Source of the DNA: Gemmatimonadota bacterium
GTDB lineage: Bacteria > Latescibacterota > UBA2968 > UBA8231
Length of the DNA stretch: 48,085 bases
Assembly: GCA_038153405.1 (NCBI GenBank)
Contig: JAYOYH010000035.1
Span: 1-48,085, forward strand
Reading direction: 5' to 3'
The position numbers and the translations under genes were made by a program. Position 1 is the stretch's first letter, and every line of letters starts with the position of its first letter. Below, one piece after another: positions 25,147-35,035 of this stretch. The notes below the pieces were generated by a model that made no database searches, was not told the origin of the DNA, and saw only the letters and a program-made list of their open reading frames with translations.

Positions 25147-27723
25147 ATGATTATCCGAAGAAAAAACGCACAGGCAATGCTACTTTTTGCGCTGATCGTT
25201 CTCACCGCTGGCTGCGCCCCCGCAGCGGCTGAAGAACTAATTATCTGGGGCACGCCCAACGACCGCGGCCTAAAGGCAGCGCTGCGCCAGTTTGAAGCCG
25301 AACACCCGGGATGGGAAGTGGTTACTTCGGCAGGCTCGAGCGGCGGCATGGACCCGCAAAAACTCATGTGCGGCATCGCCGGGGGCAGCCCACCTGATAT
25401 GCTGCAGCAAGACCGCTTTTCCGTGGGCGAGTGGGCCGTGCGCAACGCCTTTATTTCACTCGACGACTACGTGGCTACAAGCATCCGCCAAGAAGAGATG
25501 GCCGGTGCCGTTAGTGCGGCGCTGCAGCGCGGCGATCGCAAAACAGCAGCCGACGCCCTGACCGCGCTGGTATCGGCCCTGCGCCAGCGGGGTCCGAGTC
25601 GACAGCTAGATCTGGCTCTGCAGCTTCAAGGCAACGTGGACAGCGCAGAGCACCCTGCGCTGGTCGAGCGGGCAGAGGAGTTGCTCGCCCTGATGCAAGG
25701 CATCCATCCGGAGAAATTTTTTGACGCCTGCTGGCAGGAAGCCAGCTTTGGCCAGGGCAATGAGCGCCGCGTATACGCCATTCCCAACAGCACCGACAAC
25801 CGCGCGCTCTACTACAACGAAGACCTGCTGGAGCGCGCCGGACTGGTCGACGCACAGGGACGGGCCAAGCCGCCGAAAAACTGGCAAGAGCTCAAAGAGT
25901 ACGCCGTGCGCCTGACGCAGTACGATGCCGACGGCAATATGACCCAGCTCGGCTTTGCACCCAACTACGGCAATAGCTGGCTCTACATTTACGGCTGGCT
26001 CAACGACGGTCAGTTTATGAGCGACGACGGGCGCACCTGCACGCTGGCCGAGCCCCGCATCCAAGAGGCGCTGACCTTTATGGTCGAAGTCTACGACGCG
26101 CTAGGCGGCATAGAAAAAGTCGATGCCTTTCAAAGCGCCTTTCAATCGGGCGAGTTCGATCCGTTTTTCATCGGCAAAGTGGCGATGAAGATCGATGGCA
26201 ATTGGGGCCTCAACAACATCGCCGACTACGCGCCCAATCTGCGCTTTGGCGCTGTGCCGGCCCCCGCGCCCGAGGGCAAGTCCTCAATTACCTGGTCGGG
26301 CGGCTTTTCCTGGGCGATACCGGCCGGTTCGCGCCATCCAGAAATGGCCTTTGAGCTGCTGCGCTTTCTCAACTCCGATCGCGTGTGGGCGCTGCGCCAC
26401 GAGGTAGCGGCGCGCTACGCCTCGAGCCGCGGGCGCGCCTACGTGCCGTCGATGGCGCCGCTGCCGCATATCAATCAGTATACCTATAAGACGCTGGTGG
26501 CAGACAACGTCGATCTGCCGAGACGCATCAAAGACAGCTTCCTGCTCTTTGCCGAACTGATGGGCGTCTCGCGCTTTCGACCGGTGACCCCCGTTGGGCA
26601 GCTGCTGTGGGACGAGCACGCGCGCGCCTATGAAAAAGCCGTGCGCCACACCTATTCGCCGCAGGAGGCGTTGGAACGCGGACAGTTCAGCGTGCAGCGC
26701 GAGTTGGATCGCACGTATGGCCAAGAAAAGCGCCAATTAGTCAACTGGAATTACGCGCTCGTCGGAGCCGTCATCCTCGTGGCCGGCCTGCTCTTTGCTG
26801 CCTACTGGTTTGGCGGTCGCTCACAGTTGCTCAAGCAGCTCAAAAAGCACGAGTCGCTGGCCGCCCTGTGCTTTGTTTCACCGTGGCTGATCGGATTGAT
26901 CCTACTGACAGCCGGCCCCATTCTCGTATCCATCGTCTACAGTTTCTGTCGCTACGACGTGCTGCACGCAGCCGAATTCGTCGGCTTTCAAAACTATGCG
27001 CGCCTCTTTGGCGACGATCCGCTATTTTGGAAGTCACTGGCCAATACGGCCTATATGATGCTCGGCGTGCCGCTGGGCATGGCCGTCGGCCTGGCTATCG
27101 CCATGCTGCTCAACACCGAAGTGCGCGGCATGCGCGTCTATCGCACGCTGTTCTATTTGCCGGCCATCGTGCCGATGGTCGCCAGCGCCATTTTGTGGAT
27201 TTGGGTGCTCAACCCAGAGGTCGGCCTAGTCAACTCGCTGCTGCGCATGCTCGGCGTCGGCGATCCGCCCAACTGGCTGCAGAGTGCTTCGTGGGCCTTT
27301 GGCTCGAAGAGCGCCATCATACTTATGGGCCTGTGGAGCGCTGGATCGGGCATGATCATCTGGCTAGCCGGCCTCAAGGGCATTCCCCAGCACCTCTACG
27401 AAGCAGCCGAAATCGATGGGGCAGGGCCGTGGGGGCGCTTTTTCAACGTCACCATTCCCATGCTCTCACCCTATATATTCTTCAATCTGATCATGGGCAT
27501 CATCGGTACAATGCAGATTTTTACGCAGGCCTTTATTATGACGCAGGGCGGCCCCGACGACTCGACGCTCTTCTATGCCTACTATCTTTTCAACAACGCC
27601 TTCCGCTACTTCAAAATGGGCTACGCCTCGGCGCTAGCGTGGATTCTCTTTGTATTTATCCTAGGACTGACCCTCGTACAGCTCAAGCTAGCGCCGCGCT
27701 GGGTGCACTACGAGGCCGACTAG
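25147..27723 (+). CDS. Fused extracellular solute-binding protein + carbohydrate ABC permease (MalF/UgpA-like)
   Basis: 858-aa uninterrupted ORF (start may be ATG 25177). N-terminal SBP (IAGGSPPD, ALYYNEDL, PKNWQEL, GKVAMKIDGNW, SGGFSWAIP). C-terminal permease (FVSPWLIG, YRTLFYLP, LYEAAEIDGA, MGYASALAW). Confidence 0.9.
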   Translation: MIIRRKNAQAMLLFALIVLTAGCAPAAAEELIIWGTPNDRGLKAALRQFEAEHPGWEVVTSAGSSGGMDPQKLMCGIAGGSPPDMLQQDRFSVGEWAVRNAFISLDDYVATSIRQEEMAGAVSAALQRGDRKTAADALTALVSALRQRGPSRQLDLALQLQGNVDSAEHPALVERAEELLALMQGIHPEKFFDACWQEASFGQGNERRVYAIPNSTDNRALYYNEDLLERAGLVDAQGRAKPPKNWQELKEYAVRLTQYDADGNMTQLGFAPNYGNSWLYIYGWLNDGQFMSDDGRTCTLAEPRIQEALTFMVEVYDALGGIEKVDAFQSAFQSGEFDPFFIGKVAMKIDGNWGLNNIADYAPNLRFGAVPAPAPEGKSSITWSGGFSWAIPAGSRHPEMAFELLRFLNSDRVWALRHEVAARYASSRGRAYVPSMAPLPHINQYTYKTLVADNVDLPRRIKDSFLLFAELMGVSRFRPVTPVGQLLWDEHARAYEKAVRHTYSPQEALERGQFSVQRELDRTYGQEKRQLVNWNYALVGAVILVAGLLFAAYWFGGRSQLLKQLKKHESLAALCFVSPWLIGLILLTAGPILVSIVYSFCRYDVLHAAEFVGFQNYARLFGDDPLFWKSLANTAYMMLGVPLGMAVGLAIAMLLNTEVRGMRVYRTLFYLPAIVPMVASAILWIWVLNPEVGLVNSLLRMLGVGDPPNWLQSASWAFGSKSAIILMGLWSAGSGMIIWLAGLKGIPQHLYEAAEIDGAGPWGRFFNVTIPMLSPYIFFNLIMGIIGTMQIFTQAFIMTQGGPDDSTLFYAYYLFNNAFRYFKMGYASALAWILFVFILGLTLVQLKLAPRWVHYEAD

Positions 27724-27724
27724 T

Positions 27725-29536
27725 ATGCACCTGCTGCTCGCCGCGCTGATCTTCTTTTTCGAGTGGTCTATAGCGACTACCCTTGCCTTTGCCACGCTGG
27801 TCGGCAATATCGAAGACGAGTGGACAACGCTGGCTCTAATACTCAGTGCCGTTGCCGCCGCAAGCCTACTGCTGGCCTGGAAACTGACGCCTGCAGCTGC
27901 CTACAAATTCGGCGTGCAAACGGCACTAGTAGAAGGCTGCGTGCTCTTCGCCTTTCCCTTTGTGTGGCTGTTGAGCACGAGCATGAAGTACGACGAGGAA
28001 ATTTTCGTCTACCCGCCGCGCTGGCTGCCCACTCTGCCGGCCAATGTGCACTCATCGCCCTATGCCACCGAAGAATCGGTGAGCGCCGTTGACCGACCCG
28101 CTAGCTTTTCCACCAGCCGTTGGAATGCGCTGAGAGAAGGTGCTCGCCCCGCGCTCTACCGAGCGGCGCAACCCTTCCTAACAGAGACAGAAGACCAACA
28201 TTGGCTGCACGCCGCGCTGACCAGCGCGCTCTTTGCCGCCAGCGCGCGCGCCATGCCCTTGGCGCTGTGGGAGCAAGGGGAAGGCGATATCGTCGCCGCC
28301 ATGGAACAGCGCATCGACGCTGCCATGGTGCGCGATGCGGTCGCTATCGTATACCGGAGCGTTGCCCTGCGCGCACCGACGCTGCGCGACAGAGCGCAAA
28401 ACAGCTATGCGCTGGAAGGCGCAGTGAACCGCTGGCGCATAGTGCAGGGCGACGGCGCACTGCGCGAAGCCGACGCGAGCGGCGCAAGAGAATGGGCCTA
28501 CCAGTTTTCTGCGGGCGATGCCTTGGCCATAGAAGGCGAGTTCCCGCTGCCAGCCGACAGCGCGGCGCTACTCGGCTTCACGCTGCCGCTGCGCCAAGAT
28601 CGATCGTGGCATGCATGGCGCGTCGTACTGGAAGTGGAAGGCACGCGCTACGAGAGTCGCGACGCCCTCTACTGGGGCAAGCACCGCTGGCAGGAAGTGA
28701 ACTTTAAGCTAGCAGCGCTTGATGCGCGCGACGAGCGTGAACTGGGCATCTGGCCGCTTTACGAGGCGGCCAACCAGACAGACGTGCTGGGCAAAAAAGG
28801 GACAATGCGGGTGCGCATCGAAGTGGAGCGCGGATCGCGCTGGTCTACGCTCTGGCGCAAATACACCGACAACTACTACAGCGCCTACATCGCCACAGAA
28901 CACCGTTGGGCCTACGTATACAATAGCGTGCTGCTGGCATTTTTGACCATTCTCGGTCAGGTGCTGAGTTGCTCGCTGGCCGCCTACGCCTTTGCGCGCC
29001 TGCAGTGGCCAGGACGCGACTTGGTCTTTGGCGTGCTGCTCGCTACGATGATGCTGCCGGGCCAGGTTACGATGATTCCCGTATTTATGATCTTCCGCAC
29101 GCTGGGATGGTACAATACGCTCGAGGCGCTGTGGGTGCCCTCGTTCTTTGGCTCGGCTTTTTTCATTTTCATGCTGCGCCAGTTCATGCGGGCCATTCCC
29201 GGCGATCTGGAAGACGCAGCTAAGATCGACGGCTGCGGCTTCTTCGGCATCTACTGGCGCATCATATTGCCGCTGACGCGCCCCGCCCTAGCCGCTGTGT
29301 GCATTTTTACCTTTATGAATACCTGGAACGACTTTATGGGCCCGCTGATCTACATCAACGACCAGCGCCTCTACCCGCTGGCGCTGGGCCTATTTGACTT
29401 CCGCTCCGAGCACGGCAGCGAATTCGGCATGCTGATGGCCGCCTCGACTCTGATGACGCTGCCGGTAATTGCCATTTTCTTCGCCGCCCAGCGCTACTTT
29501 ATCCAAGGTGTTACGCTAACCGGTATGAAAGGTTAG
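27725..29536 (+). CDS. Carbohydrate ABC permease (MalG/UgpE-like) with a large extracytoplasmic insertion
   Basis: FPFVWLLSTSMK, then ~290 hydrophilic aa, then AAYAFARL, LEDAAKIDG and AQRYFIQGVTLTGMKG. Confidence 0.9.
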   Translation: MHLLLAALIFFFEWSIATTLAFATLVGNIEDEWTTLALILSAVAAASLLLAWKLTPAAAYKFGVQTALVEGCVLFAFPFVWLLSTSMKYDEEIFVYPPRWLPTLPANVHSSPYATEESVSAVDRPASFSTSRWNALREGARPALYRAAQPFLTETEDQHWLHAALTSALFAASARAMPLALWEQGEGDIVAAMEQRIDAAMVRDAVAIVYRSVALRAPTLRDRAQNSYALEGAVNRWRIVQGDGALREADASGAREWAYQFSAGDALAIEGEFPLPADSAALLGFTLPLRQDRSWHAWRVVLEVEGTRYESRDALYWGKHRWQEVNFKLAALDARDERELGIWPLYEAANQTDVLGKKGTMRVRIEVERGSRWSTLWRKYTDNYYSAYIATEHRWAYVYNSVLLAFLTILGQVLSCSLAAYAFARLQWPGRDLVFGVLLATMMLPGQVTMIPVFMIFRTLGWYNTLEALWVPSFFGSAFFIFMLRQFMRAIPGDLEDAAKIDGCGFFGIYWRIILPLTRPALAAVCIFTFMNTWNDFMGPLIYINDQRLYPLALGLFDFRSEHGSEFGMLMAASTLMTLPVIAIFFAAQRYFIQGVTLTGMKG

Positions 29537-30180
29537 CAGCCGGGGCCAATTGCGCCTCCTAGTAGCATAGTCAGCAGTGCCGAGTCGTCGACGTCAGAGC
29601 GGCAACACGAGGCGGCTGCGGCGACGGCTAAACTCGTAGGTAGCAAAAATTAGTTCGGTTGCCTGTAGCCCTTTGCGGCTCGACAGCTCGGGCTCGCGCA
29701 CCGTTTCTAACGCGTCTATTAGATCGAGCGCGAAAAGCGCCGTATCGCCGCCCGCGGGCACTGTGTCGGCCAAGTCTCCGTCAGAAAAATCTTCCCACGA
29801 ACCCTTAGCCTTGCGCAGCAGGCCCAGTGGGGCACGCTGTGGACCGCCCTACTTCTATGATCAGGGGCTGCACAGGCAGCTGCGCGGCCCCTGGCATCAT
29901 GGCATGGGCCGTGGCCAGCAGCCCCCCACGCCGCTGTGCCAGCGCACCCACGACAACCCGTTCGTTTCCAGCGCCGCGCCAACGACTTGGCTCTCTTCCT
30001 CTGCAGTAATCTGGCCCATTCGGCTGGCCCGTCGTCGCTGTAGTAGAAAAACACATTGAACCAGTGCATCTATCAAAGAGGTTAGAACAGGCGCCTTTGA
30101 GCCGTTGCAGTTAACCTATGGCCCCTTCGTCGAGCAACGCATCTGCCCTAACGAACTGGGCATCCAAGCGCCGCTATCTG
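29533..30180 (-). pseudogene. Decayed, 5'-truncated Gfo/Idh/MocA-family oxidoreductase
   Basis: Stitching minus-strand frames by hand gives RRLDAQFVRADALLDEGAIG*LQRLKGACSNLFD / HWFNVFFYYSDDGPAEW / MGQITAEEESQVVGAALETNGLSWVRWHSGV / GLLAT..IIEVG / ..LDLIDALETVREPELSSRKGLQATELIFATYEFSRRRSRLVLPL / DVDDSALLTML. This matches my recollection of the C-terminal two thirds of this family. In-frame TAA at 30111-30113 plus several frameshifts. Confidence 0.72.
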
Positions 30181-30197
30181 CGCAAAAAACGACCGGC

Positions 30198-31619
30198 CTA
30201 CGGTCCGTTCCAATTTACGGCAGCCACTTCGCCCTGACGCGCGTAGTCAACGGCTTCACCCAATATGCGCGCCGCCTCCTGCGGGGCGTGAAAACCCATC
30301 GAGTTTTCCGCCGCAATAAAATCCAGACGCCACTGTGCCTTGCGCTGTAGCTCGAGCGTTTTTTGCAGCTGCTCCGGCGTGGCGCCAGCCGCTTTGGCCG
30401 CGGCGATCGCATCGAGCTGCGCCATTAGCGCCGCTCCGGCGCGCTGCAGCAAATCGAAGTTGCGCTGTTGGATCTGGTCAGCGCGCGCCTTGAGCTCGTC
30501 TTCGGAAAAGTGGTGGCACGTCTGACAGGCGCGATTGATATTGAGCAGCGGACTGCGCACCCAGTGGTCCGATACTTTCGTGGCACCGTCGCGCATATAG
30601 GGCATGTGGCAGTCAGCGCACGCCACGCCACTGCGCGCGTGGATGCCTTGGCTCCACAGCTCAAATTCCGGATGCTGTGCCTTGAGCACTTCGGCACCGC
30701 TCTCCTTGTGTTTGTAGTCGTAAAAACGTCCGCCCTTATACTCGAGCTCGTCCCAGAACTTCTCGGCGTCTTCCATCTTCAACCCGTTGCCCCAGGGGAA
30801 GGTCAGCTTCATCCCACCAGCGCAGTAGTATTCAACGTGGCACTGGCCGCAAACAAAGGAGCGCATTTCCGTGCGACTGGCTGCCCTATTTGGGTCGTAG
30901 GGCTCACTGCGCGAACCGCTGCGCCACTGTTCAATAGATGGAATGGCGACAACCGGTGCCTCGGATTCGGCCAGCCGCTGGATGCCCTGAATAAAGCCCG
31001 GACGCGTTACGCGCAGCCCCATCGTCTCCGGGTCGTGGCAGTCGACGCAGGAAACTGGATGCGCATGACCACTCTCGTGCAGCATGGAGTTAAGCTCTCC
31101 GTAGGTATACTGGTACGATTTGTCGAACCCCGCCGCTGCATCGCCATCGCCCAGTTGGCGATACAGCGGCATAATCGACGCGTGGCAGTGCAGGCAGGAC
31201 CCGGACAGCGGTGCCGCTTGGCGCCCGGTATTTTCCTGGTCTTCTAGCATATAGGCATGGCCGCGGCGGTCGCGGTAATCCAGCGAGAAGGCGTAGCCGA
31301 GAAACATCCGCTTGAGCCAAGGATCGCGCTCAATCTTTTGCTCGGGCAGGGCTTCGCTGCCACCGTGCCCACCAAATCGCGTGCGCGTGGCCTCGGCAGT
31401 GCGCAGGTAGGTCTCATACTGGCGCGGCCAGTTAATACCCCACTTGGCCGGATCCGTATCGTCTTCGCCCACCTCGACCAAGCGCACGTGCGCGACGCGC
31501 GCCTCTTGCTTGCGATCGCTTATGTTGATCAACAAACTAGTGACCAGCACGCTGGCTGCAGCCACGGCAATCAGTAGGACAACAAAAAAGACCTTGGATT
31601 TTTGTGCGTCTTGGCTCAT
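30198..31619 (-). CDS. nrfA: Ammonia-forming cytochrome c nitrite reductase catalytic subunit (c552), CxxCH heme-1 variant
   Basis: Five heme motifs CLHCH, CVDCH, CGQCH, CADCH, CQTCH. RGH, CHVEYY and the diagnostic [18 protein letters not shown]. Adjacent to nrfH. Confidence 0.95.
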   Translation of the reverse strand: MSQDAQKSKVFFVVLLIAVAAASVLVTSLLINISDRKQEARVAHVRLVEVGEDDTDPAKWGINWPRQYETYLRTAEATRTRFGGHGGSEALPEQKIERDPWLKRMFLGYAFSLDYRDRRGHAYMLEDQENTGRQAAPLSGSCLHCHASIMPLYRQLGDGDAAAGFDKSYQYTYGELNSMLHESGHAHPVSCVDCHDPETMGLRVTRPGFIQGIQRLAESEAPVVAIPSIEQWRSGSRSEPYDPNRAASRTEMRSFVCGQCHVEYYCAGGMKLTFPWGNGLKMEDAEKFWDELEYKGGRFYDYKHKESGAEVLKAQHPEFELWSQGIHARSGVACADCHMPYMRDGATKVSDHWVRSPLLNINRACQTCHHFSEDELKARADQIQQRNFDLLQRAGAALMAQLDAIAAAKAAGATPEQLQKTLELQRKAQWRLDFIAAENSMGFHAPQEAARILGEAVDYARQGEVAAVNWNGP

Positions 31620-32116
31620 GGTGTAGGCATCCCCTTTTCGAATGCTTGCGCTGGACCGCCTAGGCCGACGTTCTCGCCGTGTCCAACGGAGCGATGACAG
31701 TGGATACAGCGCACGGAACCGGGTGGCGCCGCGGCACCGTGGACCAAGTCATCGACGAGTTGACCGTGACAGGCCAGACAGTTTTCCTGTAGTATGCGGC
31801 TATTTTTCTCGTTGATCTGAATCGGTTCGTGGAAATTCTGCAGGGTAAACGCTTTGGAGTGGTTCCAGCCGTTTTCTGCTTTCGCCAAGTACTTGGGCAA
31901 AAAATCGTGCGGCAAATGGCAATCTACGCACGTGGCCACGCCGTGGTGACTGGCTTTCTGCCACGAATCAAACTGCGGCTGCATAATGTGGCAATTGGCG
32001 CATGCCGATGGGTTGGCGCTAAAGTAGGAAAGGCCCTCGCCGTAGTACAGCGTAAAAGAGCCGATTCCCAACAGTATGCCGCAGAGCACAGCCAGTAATT
32101 TTTGCAATGGACTCAT
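31616..32116 (-). CDS. nrfH: Cytochrome c nitrite reductase small subunit (NapC/NirT family tetraheme)
   Basis: N-terminal TM helix. Four CxxCH (CANCH, CVDCH, CLACH, CIHCH). [16 protein letters not shown] overlap with nrfA. Confidence 0.95.
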   Translation of the reverse strand: MSPLQKLLAVLCGILLGIGSFTLYYGEGLSYFSANPSACANCHIMQPQFDSWQKASHHGVATCVDCHLPHDFLPKYLAKAENGWNHSKAFTLQNFHEPIQINEKNSRILQENCLACHGQLVDDLVHGAAAPPGSVRCIHCHRSVGHGENVGLGGPAQAFEKGMPTP

Positions 32117-32147
32117 CTACTCGCAATTCGCGCAGTCGGTTTGCTCC

Positions 32148-32178
32148 ATAATGGGTTCAAAAGGCTTCTACCTGTCAA
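32148..32178 (-). promoter_or_regulatory. Weak candidate promoter for nrfHA
   Basis: Perfect TTGACA (32178-32173) and CATTAT (32153-32148), but the spacer is an atypical 19 nt. Confidence 0.2.
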
Positions 32179-32321
32179 CTGATTTTTTGTCCGCCTCCAT
32201 TCGCTCTGTGGCGCGCTGGATTGAATGCCGCGCTCTTGGGTATATTGTTGGCGACCAAACGCCGTGCACCTATTTAGCGGACCCACGCCGAACGCGCCCC
32301 TAAAAACAACGGAGTCAAAGC

Positions 32322-33143
32322 ATGCCAATAACCGACGCCCTTCCCGATATGCAGCGCGAACTGAGGTTTTTTCCCTGCGCGAACAGAGCGCCTAAAAAAC
32401 TGACGCTGGAACAGATAGAGCAGTATAACAAAAAGGGCTATATATGCCCCTTAGACGTTTTTTCTCCCGCCGAAGCGGCGGCCAACCGAACCTATTTTAA
32501 CGCGTTGATGGACAGGGCCAAAGAGGCCGGGCACTCCAGTTACTCAATCAACGGCTGGCATCGCCACTGCCGCGGCATATACGACTTGCTGCACGACAAG
32601 CGCATTCTCGACTACGCCGAAGACCTGCTGGGGCCCAATTTGGTCAGCATTATGACCCACTACTTCAGCAAAGAGCCAGGCGATGGCAAACAGGTCAGTT
32701 GGCACCAGGACGCCTCCTACTGGCCGCTGACGCCGAGCAAAGTCGTCACCGCCTGGCTGGCTATCGACGACGTAGACGGAGATAACGGCCCGATGACGGT
32801 GATTCCGGGATCGCATCTGCACGGACAGATTCCCTTCGAGCGCAGCACAGCCGAGGAAAACAACGTGCTCGGACAGAGCGTGCACGATCCGCTCCAGTGG
32901 GGCGATGCCCCCGTGCCCTTTGTTATGAAGGCCGGACAAATCTCCATACATACGGACATGCTGCTGCACGGCTCAGAGCCCAACCGCTCCGCGCGTCGGC
33001 GCTGCGGCCTAACGCTGCGCTACATGCCACCCGATGTGCGCACGCGCGAAATCGAGCACGCACACGGCTACATATGCCGCGGCGAAGACGAAAGTGGCTA
33101 TTGGTTGAGTTGGTCGGTGCCCGCAGGTGACGCGGTGCCCTGA
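32322..33143 (+). CDS. Phytanoyl-CoA dioxygenase (PhyH) family Fe(II)/2-oxoglutarate dioxygenase
   Basis: GGAG SD. WHQDASYW (HxD), VTAWLAIDD..NGPMTVIPGSH, LLHGSEPNRS..R. Confidence 0.92.
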   Translation: MPITDALPDMQRELRFFPCANRAPKKLTLEQIEQYNKKGYICPLDVFSPAEAAANRTYFNALMDRAKEAGHSSYSINGWHRHCRGIYDLLHDKRILDYAEDLLGPNLVSIMTHYFSKEPGDGKQVSWHQDASYWPLTPSKVVTAWLAIDDVDGDNGPMTVIPGSHLHGQIPFERSTAEENNVLGQSVHDPLQWGDAPVPFVMKAGQISIHTDMLLHGSEPNRSARRRCGLTLRYMPPDVRTREIEHAHGYICRGEDESGYWLSWSVPAGDAVP

Positions 33144-33166
33144 GGAAGGAGAAGGGGAAAGCCCGT

Positions 33167-35035
33167 TTAATAGGCGACGTTGACGATGCCTTGCCGGTAG
33201 AACATGCCGGCATCGGCGTCTACTTCAATCTGGTAGAGATACACCCCCTGCGGCACGGTCCGACCATAGCGATCGCGTCCGTCCCAAATGCGGGCAAAGC
33301 GGCCGCTCTGGTCGGAGCCAGCAAAACCGCGCTGCACGCGCTTACCGGCTAGGTCGAATATCTCAAACAGCACCGGCGTTGGCTGGTTTAAACGCAGCAG
33401 GTTGTAGGATACGAGCAGATAATCGTTGACGCCGTCGGCGTTGGGCGTAAACGCCCGCGTAGAGGTGCGGATATCGTCGACCAGGGGATCGTTGCGCGAA
33501 GAGAGGCGCACGGCCAACGTGGCGCCGGGCGTGCGTGGATCGACGTCGCCAGGCTGGGCGAATTGGTAAACGATCTCGCGCGCTTCGGGCGTGGCGCGCT
33601 CGTCGAGCGCCTGTACGCGAAAGGCCGTACCGTCTGAGAATACGCGCGCCCGAAAGAATACTTCGATAAAGCTCGCCTTGGAATCGATCCGTTCCCACAA
33701 ATTGATTGAAAAGCCGTCGCCGGGGTTGATGCGCGAAGTAAAGAGGGCGTCGCGGTCTTTGACCAACACGCGGTCGATAGCGACGATCTCGGCCGCCGTC
33801 TGCACCTCCATCTGGCGAAAGCCCGACGTCGGCACATTAGAATCTTCCAACTGCTGGACCTGCAGCGCCAGCGCAAACTCCGTCTCCTGCCCGGCGTCGA
33901 CAATCGTCGGACTGATCTCGGCCTCCATCACCTGCGCTAGCGGCCAGCTGGTGTATTCGAAGTGCATCGTTTCAATCTTGAAACCGGGCTCATTCCACTG
34001 CAGGCGAAACTGAATATACTCCTTGGGGGAAGGAGAGATAATCAGTCCGTCCGTAACCGCTTCCCAGGCGCTCCATTCGGGGTTCGGCAGGATCGGTCCG
34101 CGCTCGGCTTCACCGCGCTCGACGTCGCTCAGGTTGACGATATTCTCCCAGCCCTTTCTACCCACCTCGCGCAGCGTCTGCGACTTGGTCAGACGCAAGA
34201 AGTACTGCACGGGTTTGGCGTCCGGACCGGTGCGCGTCTGCACGGTGACGGGCAGTTCGTCGGGATCGCGCCCGTTGATGCGCAAACGCCCCCATACCGG
34301 AAAGCCGCCGGGCACGGTGAGCGGTCGCGAAATAAACTCCACCGGCGCCACGCTGCCGTTGGCTATTATTTCGATTTCGGCAATTTCCCACGGCCGCTCG
34401 TTAAGGGTGACTACGCGCACGTGGCGCATCTCCTTATCATCGCGCGGTTGGTTGGGCAGCGGCCAAATGGCAATGCTCTGCGTATTGGGGGAGTTGACGT
34501 TGGCATTGATGAGAAATGGATTGCCAAAGGGCTCGGTGGCAATGGCGTCGGGCGATGACAGCACCGCCGGATCCCTGCTGTCGGAGCCGAGGGCAAAAGC
34601 CTGCACGTAGAGGTCGCGGTGATCGGAGTCAAGGCGCGGAAAAAAGCGAATCTGCTGCACGCCAAAGTGTCCGCCCAAATCAATGTAGAGCGAGGATTGG
34701 CGCGCTATGCCTATCTCGTCGGGGTTAAAAGCCGTATTATCGTCGCCGTCAATGGCCTTGGCCATGGCCGCGCTCGAGGCAAAATCGAGCGTTGGCGTAC
34801 CAAAGGTGGTCGTGCCTTCAACGGTGGCAAAGACGCGACCGCCGCGCGCGAGTGCACGCGGTGCCAAATTGTCGCCGGCCCGCACGTCCCACGTCCAGAT
34901 CGAGTCGCGCTCAACGCTCATCTTGGTCGACTCTTCGATCACGGCCGTCCACGGCAAGCCACCCGGACCGATCACCATTTCTTCGACGGCCCATCCCCGT
35001 GCAAATAGAAGCGCGACAAGCAGCAGCGTTTTCAT
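33167..35035 (-). CDS. Cassette 2 gene E': secreted discoidin-like protein with C-terminal FlgD-Ig / T9SS type-B-like domain
   Basis: Signal peptide. IDGDDNTAF..YIDLG..IRFFPRLDS, QTRTGPD..WSAW, TPNADGVND..WDGRD..PQGVY..NVAY. ATGA overlap with the upstream LRR gene. Confidence 0.8.
   Translation of the reverse strand: MKTLLLVALLFARGWAVEEMVIGPGGLPWTAVIEESTKMSVERDSIWTWDVRAGDNLAPRALARGGRVFATVEGTTTFGTPTLDFASSAAMAKAIDGDDNTAFNPDEIGIARQSSLYIDLGGHFGVQQIRFFPRLDSDHRDLYVQAFALGSDSRDPAVLSSPDAIATEPFGNPFLINANVNSPNTQSIAIWPLPNQPRDDKEMRHVRVVTLNERPWEIAEIEIIANGSVAPVEFISRPLTVPGGFPVWGRLRINGRDPDELPVTVQTRTGPDAKPVQYFLRLTKSQTLREVGRKGWENIVNLSDVERGEAERGPILPNPEWSAWEAVTDGLIISPSPKEYIQFRLQWNEPGFKIETMHFEYTSWPLAQVMEAEISPTIVDAGQETEFALALQVQQLEDSNVPTSGFRQMEVQTAAEIVAIDRVLVKDRDALFTSRINPGDGFSINLWERIDSKASFIEVFFRARVFSDGTAFRVQALDERATPEAREIVYQFAQPGDVDPRTPGATLAVRLSSRNDPLVDDIRTSTRAFTPNADGVNDYLLVSYNLLRLNQPTPVLFEIFDLAGKRVQRGFAGSDQSGRFARIWDGRDRYGRTVPQGVYLYQIEVDADAGMFYRQGIVNVAY

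Noticed and set aside
26868..27749. 293-aa alternative-frame ORF within the fusion gene, and 259-aa ORF 30468-31247 opposite nrfA
   Set aside because: Both overlap well-supported genes almost completely and carry no motifs of their own.
29673..30069. ORFs 29673-30059 (+), 29719-30069 (-) and 29805-30056 (-) as standalone small genes
   Set aside because: Better explained as frameshifted pieces or the antisense shadow of the oxidoreductase pseudogene.
33144..33166. Intrinsic terminator between phyH and the end of cassette 2
   Set aside because: Only a very short possible stem and no convincing U-tract on either strand.
13812..33167. Composite transposon or invertible segment bounded by the inverted cassettes
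   Set aside because: The copies are heavily diverged at DNA level. I saw no long exact inverted repeats, transposase or recombinase.
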